Source: Octopus bimaculoides (Eukaryota). Taken from it: 64,000 nucleotides of DNA. Positions 1 to 11,280 of the stretch are shown in pieces (the stretch's first letter is position 1; the number at the start of each line of letters is the position of its first letter). Below the pieces are notes generated by a model. That model saw nothing but the letters and a program-made list of their open reading frames with translations, was not told where the DNA came from and did not search any database. A program made the position numbers and the translations under genes. The stretch is taken from positions 109,533,255 through 109,597,254 of the forward strand of contig NC_068986.1 of NCBI RefSeq assembly GCF_001194135.2. The letters are read 5' to 3'.

Positions 1-154
1 GCTCCTTAAAGCTATCATAACTGCGTTCCACCCATGCTACTACTGGTGATATCATCAAATTTTGAATTTATCCACAGATGATATGAACAGTAGTGACATC
101 TAACTTCAAATCTCAGTGTTTGAATATTTCATTTATATATATATATATACAATC

Positions 155-317
155 GATGGTGGTGTGTTTACGTCCCCGTAACTTAGCGGTTCGGCAAAAG
201 AGACTGATAGAATAAGTACTACACTTACAAAGAATAAGTCCTGGGTTCGATTTACTCGACTAAAGGTGGTGCTCCAGCATGGCCACAGTCAAATGACTGA
301 AACAAGTAAAAGAGTAA
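155..317 (+). mobile_element. tRNA-derived SINE family A, 3' part
   Basis: gtgtgtttacgtccccgtaacttagcggttcggcaaaagagac...gactgaaacaagtaaaagag matches the 3' half of the copies at 30077, 40209 and 47655. Confidence 0.8.
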
Positions 318-611
318 GCACTCTTGGCATTCTACCTGTTGGGCAGTGTGGTTGGTGGAAATTCTTGTATGACGTTCTATAGAGGGTTATGGCAGGCAAG
401 AGCAATGTTTTAAGGGAGAACTCTGAGTATCGATGAAAATCAATTAGCTGGGCTGTTTGAGAGGATTTTCAGGCTGACGACCATGGATCATTTCCCAAAA
501 TCCTTAGCCTGGCAGTGCTATAGGTGGGAGGCATTACCAGTTGAAGATGAACTATACAGGTATGGAAATGCCATCAGCAGAACCTACCTGAGAGGAATGT
601 CGAGTGATGAA

Positions 612-840
612 ACGAGCTGGCAGAAACGTTAGAGCGCCGGGCAAAATGCTTAGCGGTATTTCATCTGCCGTTACGTTCTGAGTTCAAATTCCGCCGAGGT
701 CGACTTTGCCTTTCATCCTTTTGGGGTCGATAAATTAAGTACCAGTTATGCACTGGGGGTCGATGTAATCGACTTAATCCATTTGTCTGTCCTTGTTTGT
801 CCCCTCTATGTTTAGCCCCTTGTGGGCAATAAAGAAATGA
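612..840 (+). mobile_element. SINE family B
   Basis: gagctggcagaaacgttag...gagttcaaattccgccgaggtcgactttgcc...aaagaaat. B-box-like GTTCAAAT; dispersed copies throughout the window. Confidence 0.8.
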
Positions 841-1436
841 GAAACGGTTCTGTTCACTTGTCCAGTGCCTGAGTGTTACTGACTTGTGGAGTTATGTTGA
901 ACCCCTACTGTCATATATAAGATGGATAGGGCTATCAGCTGAGTCCATTGTGGAGATTAGCTTGCCACCTTTTTTTGATGGGGAAGGACAGTGGCGTTAG
1001 CGAAGGAGGTTGTGTAGTGGACCAGATAGAAAGGGCTGTAGAAATATACATTCCTCTTTGGCCAAGCTCTCACTAACTTTTTCAAGTTTCACTTGAAAAG
1101 GTAAGTGAGGGTTGAGAAGAAATTGCTGCTTTTAGGAATTTAGTTGAAAGGTGGACAAACGTGATGGACATGGTTAGAGTGAATGAGCCTACTCTGAGCA
1201 TACGAGGAAAGACAACAGGGAGAAGATACATGCCTTAGTGGTCAGGGTGGTTTTGATTTTGTGGGGTTTCCATTAGCCTTCAGAAGTCTCCCCGTTTGGA
1301 GGAAATTTATTGGTACAGTTCTTCTCTTTGTACACACTCCCTCATATAATTCTATGCTATATTGTCCAGTGTTTCTGTGAAGTCTGTTGTTAATAAGAAA
1401 AGTATTGTTGTTGCTATTATTATTATTATTATTATT

Positions 1437-1635
1437 AAGGCAGTGAGCTGTCAGAATCTGGGTAAAATGCTTAGTGGCATTTTGTCTGTCTTTACATTCT
1501 GAGTTCAAATTCTGCTGAGGTCAACTTTGCCTTTCATCCTTTTGGAGTTGATAAAATAAGTACCAGTTGCATACTGGGGTAATTGACTTAATCGCTCCCT
1601 AAAATTGCTGGCCTTGTCCCAGAATTTGAAACCAT
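1437..1635 (+). mobile_element. SINE family B, diverged
   Basis: Same core (gagttcaaattctgctgaggtcaactttgcc), next to a (TAT)n run. Confidence 0.7.
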
Positions 1636-2157
1636 TATATTATTAATATTGTTATCATTATTATTATTGTTACTCTGAACGCATAAGCAAAAGCTGGGTA
1701 TTGTAATCATTCATCTTTTGTCTGTTTGTCTGTGTGTTTGCAAAATTACTGGAAAATGGCTGAACAGATTTTCACCAAATTTGGCAGAAACACTCATTGG
1801 GTGAGTGGCTCAAAATGATGAAAATTTGGTTTGATTATCTTCAAACATGCATAAATACATACGCAGATATGCATGTATCTATGTATGTATGTGTGTGTGT
1901 GTGTGTGTGTACAGTGATGGATTCGAGGATTTCATTTATTTTTAAGTTGATTTAAACATCACCATTTATACTCTGGTGAAATTTAAAAAAAAATTAATTC
2001 AGTTCAATTAATTCAATTCAATTAAAAAGCATGGGTAAGCAACTCATTGTAAACCACACTATAACTTGCAAAATAAATTTATCTGTGTGCAGGATATGCA
2101 TCACCCTTCCAATGCCTATTGTTTTTTTCTGTTATCATTATTATTATTAATTTCCAG

Positions 2158-2290
2158 TTTTCCTGGAGGAATGATGGACAGAAGTGATGCTGATTTAACT
2201 GTCACAGCTCTTAGAGAAACACATGAAGAAATTGGCCTTGATCCAAAACTGATTGATGTCTGGGGTACCATGCATCCCCTTCCAAACAAG
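2158..2290 (+). CDS. NUDT8: NUDT8-like Nudix CoA pyrophosphatase, internal exon with the Nudix box
   Basis: tttccag acceptor and AAG|gtatat donor. Encodes (S)FPGGMMDRSDADLTVTALRETHEEIGLDPKLIDVWGTMHPLPNK, with a Nudix-box-like REUXEEXGU signature preceded by FPGG as in NUDT7/8. Upstream exons were not found in the window. Confidence 0.9.
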
Positions 2291-2514
2291 GTATATTAAT
2301 TTTCACTGAAATAATTTTCCTACTTTTTTTTTTTCTTGAGTAATTTAAATATAGCTTATAATTATGGATTTAGTTGAGTATGTGCATAAATTATTCTGAA
2401 ATTAGACTCGTTTCCTTATCATTTGATTCATGTGTATCTTTCAACTTCTGAAAATTTTCCATTTTGTTTTTCTGTCTTACTTCTTGCCACGTAACAACAG
2501 CAATAATAATAATT

Positions 2515-2727
2515 CTTTCTACAATAGGCACAAGGCCTGAAATTTTGTGGGTGGAGACTAGTCAATTACATTGACTCCAGTGTTTCACTGGTACTTAATT
2601 TATTGACCCTGAAAGGATGAAAGCAAAGTCGACCTCAGCGGAATTTGAACTCAGAACGTGCAGGCAGACAAAATGCCACTAAGCATTTTGCCCAGAATGC
2701 TAATGATTCTGCCAGCTTGACACCTTA
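2515..2727 (-). mobile_element. SINE family B, antisense
   Basis: Reverse complement of the family B core (gtcgacctcagcggaatttgaactcagaacg), followed by (AAT)n. Confidence 0.75.
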
Positions 2728-2729
2728 AC

Positions 2730-2781
<52 letters not shown>

Positions 2782-4427
2782 TGCCCTGATGCAGTACCAA
2801 GCAATGGCTCTCATGGCTTCTGATCTTAACTGATTGGAAGTGTTATCATGTACATGTTTTGTCTCTATGAATCCACAAAACAGCATTTATACAGTCGTCC
2901 TCTAGAAATAGCAGCGAAATCCCCCTCAAAAATACCATACAATTTTGTAATATGAAAGAGACATTGGACATTATAGTCCTAGATAATTTGTGACTGTTGG
3001 GATGAGATGATCGAAGGTTGCATAAGTCTACTCTGTTAGCTGTGACCTGGGGCTTAACAACAACAACAACAGTGGTGAGTGTTGTCTAAAGAAATCTCTT
3101 TTAATTTGAACCACATAAAATACTGAAAGTTAACCCCCAACAGCATTATTCCCTCTTTTAGTTCTCTTTTTTGGGGGAACAAGTTTGGGTGCTACTTCGG
3201 CATGTGATCTACAATTTAAAGGGAGATTACTTTAGGTTACTTTTTAACTGGCTTTTCAATTTCTAAAAACCTAAAGATGTTATTCTTTTATTTGTTTGTC
3301 ATTTGACTGCAGCCATGTGAATTATTCACAAACGAGAAACCCGCGAGCGAGCGCGGAGAGCACGTGCGACTGGGTCGACCAAGCTGCGTGAGCGACAGAA
3401 TTTATTTTTTAAAAAATTTAGAAATTGAGAAGTAAACTAAAATGTAACGTAATCTCCCCTTGAATTGTAGATCGCACGCCAAAGTAGAACCCAAGTTTGG
3501 TTAAGATTCCAGACGAAGTTCTCTGGAAATCGCTCGGTAGCTGGTATTGAATGTAAGGGAGATAATTGCGTTCGTATAGGTAATATGCTAATTCGATGAT
3601 TTATGTCCCTTTACGTAAAGAAATACTTTCTGTTACCGATTTATATTTTCAACTTAACTTATATCGATTATTCACAAACTCAAAAACCTTTGCGTATTTT
3701 CTTTGTTGTAAACATTCACTATTTTAAAACTGAAGTTTTTTCTAATAATAATTTGTTCTGTTTTGTTGGGGTTTCCATAGAACTAAGAGTTAGCATAAAC
3801 AATGGAATGACCATCATCATCATCATTTAACGTCCGTTTTCCACGCTGGCATGGGTTACACTGGAACTGGTAAGTTGGAGAACTGCACCAGGATTCAGCC
3901 TTATTTTGGTTTGGTTTATGTCCATATGTTCATCTGTCTCTTAGAATCGTATAAAATTCCATTATTTGGGCATATTGTTTTGACTCGTTTCCATGTGTGT
4001 GAGTCAACTGAGAAGGATAGAGTCAGGAAGGACATCCAATCGTAAAACACTGCCTTGTTCAGTCTTTGTCAGCATAAAGACCTAGAACTGGGTCTAGCGA
4101 GAACCCTAGAATTCATAAGGATGGACCTTAACCCAATTTCCATGGCATCTAAGTGACTGAGATTACAACACTACCCCTACTGATCCTGTCACAGGATCAG
4201 TTTCTTTGCTCAAGAACTCATTTACAGTTGGATGGATTGCAGCCACGGGAAATGAAGTGTTTTTGCTCAATAATACAACACACTGCCTAATCTGGGAATT
4301 GAAACCAATACCTTGAAGTTGTGAATGCAACACACTCATCAAAGTATAAAAGATTGTGGGATGATGATGATGATGATGATGACAGTGATGATGATATTCA
4401 GCACCATGCAAAAAGCACTGATGCTGA

Positions 4428-4610
4428 AGCCACGTTAAAAGCACCCAGTACACACTCTTGGAGTGGTTGGCATTAGGAAGGGCATCCAGCCATAGATGCC
4501 ATGCCAAAACAAGCAATGGAGCCTGGTGCAGCTCCCCAAGTTTTACAGTTCTGGTCATACCATCCAATCCATGCCAGCAGAGACAACAGACGTTAAATGA
4601 GGATGATGAT
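4428..4610 (+). mobile_element. SINE/RTE-tail family C
   Basis: aaaagcaccca...gagtggttggcattaggaagggcatccagc...gacgttaaatgaggatgatg with a (GAT)n tail. Confidence 0.7.
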
Positions 4611-5463
4611 GTCTTTACTATTACCATTTATCATATTATGCAGTAAAAACTTGTACTTATTCCATTTAATATCTTTCGAATGCTATTCTATTCATTCAAC
4701 ACAAATTTTGTGACACAATTCTATATTTCTGAGATGAGGAATTTGTAATATGTGAAATTTTAAGACTTGTAAACCTCCATTGATGTCTTATGTTAGCTCT
4801 GTACGATTCCAACTAATGTAAATGTGTACATAACATAAATTCCTCATTGCAAATATATAGAATTGTTTCATCCAATCAGTACAGAACCAACACAAGACGT
4901 CGATGGACGTTTATAAGCCTTAAAAATTCATTCTGACACTGCCTATGGGCATTCTGTTGTGGATAAAGGTGCTAGTTAATGCAATGCAATCACCTAGAAG
5001 TTCTGAGTTCAATTTCAAGCCAGGCACTAAGGTGAACCTCTTTGATTAATGTAAATAGTGTCAATAAATTTTGTGATGCTAATGTATTATTCATGAATTA
5101 AGTGAAGTGAAATAAATCTCAGTAGAAATAGGACTTGGTTATGGATTTCCTACTCAAGGAGCTTATGTCTCATTTTATGGTGTTTGCTGACCGTTTTGTA
5201 ACTTTGTTTTCTATAATTCACATTTGCCACTCATTTCTTTTCCATTCCCATCACACTTCATCAAAAAGATCATCTCACAGAGATGATATTTGGTTTCTCA
5301 AAATTTCTCAATCAATTTTTATTTGCTCTGAAATGCTATTTAGAAATGAACACCAAATTTAATTTTTTTCTACTCAGAACACTGCTTATTTCCAGAAACA
5401 CAAATCCATTCATGATATCATTAAAAATGTCCTAATTTATTACTTTTATGTTTTGAATAATAG

Positions 5464-5544
5464 GCTGCTTCAAGAGAAGTCACACCAGTTGTCGGATTTT
5501 GTGGAGAAATCGATTTGAACTCTCTTCACATAAATCCAAATGAA
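5464..5544 (+). CDS. NUDT8: NUDT8-like internal exon (81 nt, phase 0-0)
   Basis: aatatag|GCT...GAA|gtaagc. Encodes AASREVTPVVGFCGEIDLNSLHINPNE (VTPVV...NPxE motif of CoA-diphosphatase Nudix enzymes) and is in frame with both flanking exons. Confidence 0.88.
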
Positions 5545-5982
5545 GTAAGCCACTTTAAATAAATTTTTTGTATTCTCTTTAACTTGATTGTATTTCTTAG
5601 AATATTGTCTTTGCTAAGGTCAGGCAGTTTCTATATTTTGATTCGTTCCTGCCATTCTCCATCTTTTACTGTAATCAATATAAAAAATAATTAAAAAAAA
5701 AAAAATTTATTAGAAAATAGTTAAAATTGTTGAAAAATAACTTACTGAAAAATACACATTTTTAAATGAAATTTGTGGAGATAGATTTTGCAAGGGAGTG
5801 ATACTATGATTATTTTGGTGAAATTTAGGAAAATAGTATATATTTAATGCACATATACAAATGAGACGAAATTCGTTTTAATCTTAAGGTTATAAAAATT
5901 TTTCTTTTGGAAATTAACATTAATTTCATCATTTTGTATAAGTACTTAGATAAAAGTTAATTATAATTATTGCATGTATGTC

Positions 5983-6510
5983 ATCATTATCATCGTCATT
6001 GTTTAACGTCCGTTTTCCATACTGGCATGGGTTGGATGGTTTCACTGGGGTCAGGCAAACCAGGAGGCCACAACAGGCTCCAATCTGATCTGGCAATGTT
6101 TCTACAGCTGGATGTCCTTCCTAACACCAACCACTACAAGAGTGTAGTCGGTGGTTTTTACGTGCCACCAGCACAGGAGCCATATGGGCAAGGGGGTTGC
6201 ATCAACCACATTCAAATGGTGCATTTTATGTGCCACCGGCACGGGAGCCAGTCAAGCGGCGATGGCATCGACTACGTTCGGATGATGCTTTTTACATGCC
6301 ACCGACACAGGAGCCAGTTGAGGTGAGGGGGCTGGCATTGACCACGTTCAGATGGTGCTTTTTACATACCACCGGCACGGGGAGTCAGTCAGGCATGGCA
6401 CTGGCAACGAGTGACACATGAATGGTGCTTATTGCGTGCCACCAGTATGGGAGCCAGTCAGGCAGCACTAGCATCAGCTATAACTACAATTTCCGTTTGA
6501 TTTGACTTGA
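5983..6510 (-). mobile_element. Family C element with an internal tandem array of about 65-70-bp units
   Basis: (CAT)n-gtttaacgtccgttttccat start, then five imperfect gtgccaccggcacgggagccag...atggtgctttttac units at about 6160-6490. Confidence 0.75.
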
Positions 6511-6689
6511 TATTACCCATGCTGATAAAATAATACAAAGTTACCCATCATATGATAGGTAACACATTAGTGTTGATAGGAAAAACCACTGAATCATTAT
6601 TTTTCAAAAAAATCTGTAACTTTTAATAAAAAAAAAGAATCCAAAGATCTTTTATTATGGTGTCTTTTTTTCTTCTTCTTCTTCTTCAG

Positions 6690-6914
6690 GTAGAAAAGGT
6701 GTTCTTCACAACAATCAAAGATTTGTGTAACCCTGACAACCAGCGAATGACCCAATCAAGAGCTGGTAATGGTTACACATTACCAGTTTATTTATCTAGT
6801 TCTCGAATTTGGGGATTAACAGCTGTGATTGTCCATCAGTTTCTAACCGTCCTAGCACCACATTTATATAATTTTAAAATTAAACATCAAAGATCAATAC
6901 AAAAAATAAAATAA
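6690..6914 (+). CDS. NUDT8: NUDT8-like last coding exon
   Basis: Strong (ctt)n-cag acceptor. Encodes VEKVFFTTIKDLCNPDNQRMTQSRAGNGYTLPVYLSSSRIWGLTAVIVHQFLTVLAPHLYNFKIKHQRSIQKIK*, with the YTLPV...RIWGLTA motif typical of NUDT8. Confidence 0.9.
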   Translation, partial: VEKVFFTTIKDLCNPDNQRMTQSRAGNGYTLPVYLSSSRIWGLTAVIVHQFLTVLAPHLYNFKIKHQRSIQKIK

Positions 6915-7027
6915 CATGATTAGCCATACTTATTAACGTGTATCAATCGATTTCTAGGCTATGAACTTTTCAGGGAAGATAACTTTGATATTTAATTTTT
7001 TAAAGTTCATTTCTGTGGAGTTTAATG

Positions 7028-7264
7028 AGTGACTCAACCATTTTTTTTTACCAATGGACCCTTTTGATCCTTATTCAACTCTACTGGACCTTAATAACCG
7101 TTTGATGTATATATTAAAAAAAAATTTACTGTATTTTTATAATTGAATTGTATAAAAAAAAATAATTTTGTGTTTTGTAGAAGTATCACCAGTGCGTTGC
7201 ACATAAATGTTAAAATCTTACGTGGACCCTTAAGGATCATAGAGACCTTAATTGAGTGCCTCTG
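7028..7264 (+). mobile_element. hAT-like MITE, degenerate
   Basis: Homologous along its length to 35816-36068 (tcaaccattttttt...atggaccc...ggaccct..aagg.tcata). Confidence 0.5.
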
Positions 7265-7930
7265 AGTTTGATGAATGAGTTTAGTAAATCTGAAAATTGA
7301 ATTATCTACATTAAGGGTGTCTATGACCTGTTTCTATGACGAGTAACAAGATAGGGAGCTGGTCTGGAAACTTTCAACAGATTTGGGAGCAGTTTTCCCC
7401 TCTAAAGCATCTTTTTCCTTGGTTTTGGTAGTAAATTCTACACACACATACTCACACATCAGTTCTTGCAGTAACTATGTACTGTTGTTTCACATCAGAT
7501 CGGCCCTATGATTAAAGAATTCCAACCATGACCATCCTGTATTTTATTATTTATTTTTAAGACAAACATTTTGTAGAACTACATTGTCTCCAAGGAGCCA
7601 GTACCCCCCCCCCCTTTTTTTTTCATGAAAGTTTGGTGTGATTTTATGTGAGACATTGGAAAATGTGGTGCTGGATACACTTTGCCAGAAAAACAAAACA
7701 GAGGCAGATTGGTCATGGCTGGAATGTCTTTGATTATAGGTGTGTTCAATCAGGACTGACCTGGAGTTAAACAACATCATCCTAAGTTCTTTTTTTTTTT
7801 TTTCCGATTTATTTTGTTTTGTTTGTGGATCACTGAATTAATTCCTTGAATGAAAATCTGGTAAATTTGCAGGGATTTCGCTCCACCATTATTTACTTAG
7901 AACGCTTTTGTCAGAAACCACCAAAAACAA

Positions 7931-8155
7931 TCATCATCATCATCGTTTAACGTCCACTTTCCATGCTAGCATGGGTTGGACGATTTGACTGAGGACTGGT
8001 GAAACCAGATGGCGACACCAGGCTCCAATCTGATCTGGCAGAGTTTCTACAGCTGGATGCCCTTCCTAACGCCAACCACTTTGAGAGTGTAGTGGGTGCT
8101 TTTACGTGCCACCGGCACGAAGGCCGGTCAGGCGGTACTGGCAACAGCCACGCTC
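7931..8155 (-). mobile_element. Family C element
   Basis: catcatcatcgtttaacgtccactttccatgctagcatgggttggacg...cttttacgtgccaccggcac; near-identical to 54030-54220. Confidence 0.8.
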
Positions 8156-10880
8156 ATAATATTAGAATTGAAATCAATGAAATCAAGACGAAAATATGAG
8201 TAAATCTTTCCAATATCATCAATAGTTTTGATCACACCTTCATACAGAGACACAAAACAAAGGTAATTTTAGCTGGAGTTTCGTTGGTATCTTGGTTCAG
8301 CTCTTGTCAAGCAAACAGATGACCAAAGGCAATCCGTTAGTGACCCCCCACTCCCTTTTGTTTTTTTATATAAACATCAGTTCAATGTCTCTTTCTAGAG
8401 GAGGCTCTATGCTTTACCTGCTAAAAACAGCAGGCAAATCTCCCTAAAAATCACTCTAGGTCAGGCTTGATCAGGACCTATGATCAAAAAGTATTTCAAA
8501 TAGTGACAATCTCATCTTTTTGTATATCATTATTATTTGGTAATAATGACAGCCCTGCACTTTGAAACAGGCAGCTTGAGATTAATTAACTCAATACTCG
8601 TCAACCTGAACACAAAGTATAACACAATGGCTGTCCATGGAGTGATTTTGAAAACATGTCATGACCAAATGGCTTCAAATTTAAAAACAAAGTTATGAAA
8701 ATAAAAACCCAAACAGGGCCTCACATATATATTTGATATTTTAATGATACAGATATAGAAAATAACATATTTCATCAAAAGTCATTGAAACAATTGTTGT
8801 TGGTGTGGAAAAGTCATTCAAACTCAACAGATTGTCTTTTTTTTTTTTTTTTTTTTACATATATATATATATTTTCTTTTGTTATTTTTATAAATGTTCC
8901 GATTAAAGAATGTAGATCATCTCATTTTATAAAAGAAGAAACAAAGCAAGCTCGACATGTGTCTGTTTCTACTTACACCATATTTTTCCTGTCGTGTTTC
9001 AACATAAGATGGCCATAGGCATGTACACACAAATATATATTTCAATATTTTCATTGAAATAAAACTTGAAAATAAATTACAGAATGGATATTAAAAGTTT
9101 CTGTCTGTTGAAATAGCTGTCTTTATTTTATAAAGAATAAAAATTAAAATCTCATCAACAGTTTTAGATTTGTTTTTTTTTTAGTCATGTCCAAAAAGTA
9201 ATTCTTTGATTGAAAAAGAATTTGAAAATTGTCACAACTTTGTTTTGGAAAAGATTTTTGAAAATCTTGTATTCATTTGGTCTTTGATGTTTGGTTAACG
9301 TGATCGACTGACTGATTTATTGTTGCCATCATTGGTTCATTTTTCTAGTAAAACCATTGTTACGTCTTTGGCAAAGCCATATTACATTCCTTGCCTTAAG
9401 GCTGTGTATTTTGTAGGGAGGCATAAGGGCAATTTCAAGTTGACCCTCGTACCTGAGTGGTACTTTATTTCATTGGTCCCCAAAAGAAAGAGAGATAAAG
9501 TCAACGAAGGTAGAATTAAAACTGTTACCAAGTTATCATGTGGACTTAACATATTTAAAAAAAAGATTTGCTTTTAATCTGCTTCATGTTACAGAAATAA
9601 AAACTGGGAGTAGGGTTCAATCTCTATACAATTCATAGCTTAAAGAAAGGGACCTAAAGGAATATAGGGCGAGTCCTTGTAAAATATTATGAAGTTGGGA
9701 TCAAAAACTAAGAGTAGGAGAATCTCTGTCCTTCAGTTTTTAGATTAGCTGTGATTGAGCAAACGTGATCAAAGGTATTCTATGACCACCACAAATTAGT
9801 GTATCTAAGATTATTTAACCATCAAAAGACAAAGTTGATCCTGGTGATCAGGAATACAATGAACAGAGCTATCTCTACATGGTCACTCAATCTACAAGAA
9901 ATAGCAGCCAAATTACCCTTAATTCCTGTCCTGTAATATATTAAGTAAAATGATATTTAGAACTAAATTTTAGTAACATTGAATTTATAATACCTGGCTA
10001 AAAGACAGGATGGTCATAGTACTACTTAAATCAAGACTGACCATGGGGCCAAACAACAACAAATTAAATACCTCATCACTAACACTTTCTAATTTCTTTT
10101 GACTAATTAAGGAAAGATGTTAATTTTTGTAAGGAAGAGTTACAGCTTGTCATATCTATTGATTACATACCTGGTGCCTCTTTCATCAAACCCCCCAAAG
10201 GTAAAATAAACCAAGCAGATCTGGAGGCAAGATTTGAACTCAAAATATAGGACATCACAGTTGTGAAATGTTTAAAGCAATTGCATTCTGGTTGTGTCTC
10301 TGTACTCCAAGGTCAACTTTGCTTCTCATCTTTTTAGGATCTATGAAATAAAACATCAGCCAGAGATGATAAATTGGTAGAACTGTCTTGTGCAACTGTT
10401 CTGGCTCTTTTGATTCCCAAGTTCAAATTCTACCTAAGTGCTTATGGTCAGACCTCACCATAACTGACCAATACACACAGATACAACCAACATATGTGAA
10501 ATGTGACTGAACTGAGCTGTACAATCAGTTAATCTCTTTGGTCCCTCTACTTCTATAAAACACATTTGCAGGTTTTAAGCTGTTCATATTTAAACTCATC
10601 CATCATAATTTAATGTAAAATCCTTTTTAAGTTACATTCCAAATAGGAGCTGAATAAAAAATTTAGCTCTTTTACTAAATTCCTCCAAATTTTTTATTAT
10701 TTTCAAATAAATAAACCTTTCTATCTGCTTCAAAAAGACAACGAGCAGTTTTGCTGGGATTTGAACTTAGAATGTAACTAAAACAAGACATTTTAATGTG
10801 ATGCTCTACCAATTCTGCCAACCATCACAAGTATTATTTCCTAAATATCTTACTCTGGTCATTTTATACAATATATAACC

Positions 10881-10996
10881 TACATTACTTACATTTGATG
10901 GCTCACACGTTTCGGCTGATGTATTCTCCAGCCCTCATCAGGTGTCCTGGGGAAATTTCGAACCTGGGTTCTCATTCCTAAGGTATTTTTCCAGTG

Positions 10997-11032
<36 letters not shown>

Positions 11033-11280
11033 TCGCTGCCTGGTATCGAACTCGGAATCTTGAGGTTAGTAGCCTGCGCTCTTACCTCAAGATTCCAAGT
11101 TCGATTCCAGGCAGTGACCTGAATGATAATGATAACAGCATCAGAAAAATACCTTAGGAATGAGAACCCAGGTTCGAATTTTCCCCAAGACACCTGATGA
11201 AGGCTGGAGGGTACATCAGCTGAAACGTGTTAACAACAAACAAGAGGAGGACAAATATCCATCAAATGTAAATAATGTAA
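10881..11280. mobile_element. Foldback element: tRNA-like head, (AAT)n and a hammerhead-ribozyme-like motif on each arm
   Basis: Arms about 10881-11066 and 11084-11280, loop 17 nt. CTGATGA-stem-GAAAC cores at 11194-11226 (+) and 10909-10941 (-). Confidence 0.75.

Noticed and set aside
4163-4627. 154-aa ORF and similar 60-140-aa ORFs over SINE copies (5970, 17013, 26879, 50486, 57204)
   Set aside because: They are translations of repeat families B, C and D or of microsatellites, not genes.
6160-6490. Regularly spaced repeats superficially resembling a CRISPR array
   Set aside because: The whole 65-70-bp unit is repeated with no unique spacers, it lies inside a eukaryotic retroelement tail, and there are no cas genes.
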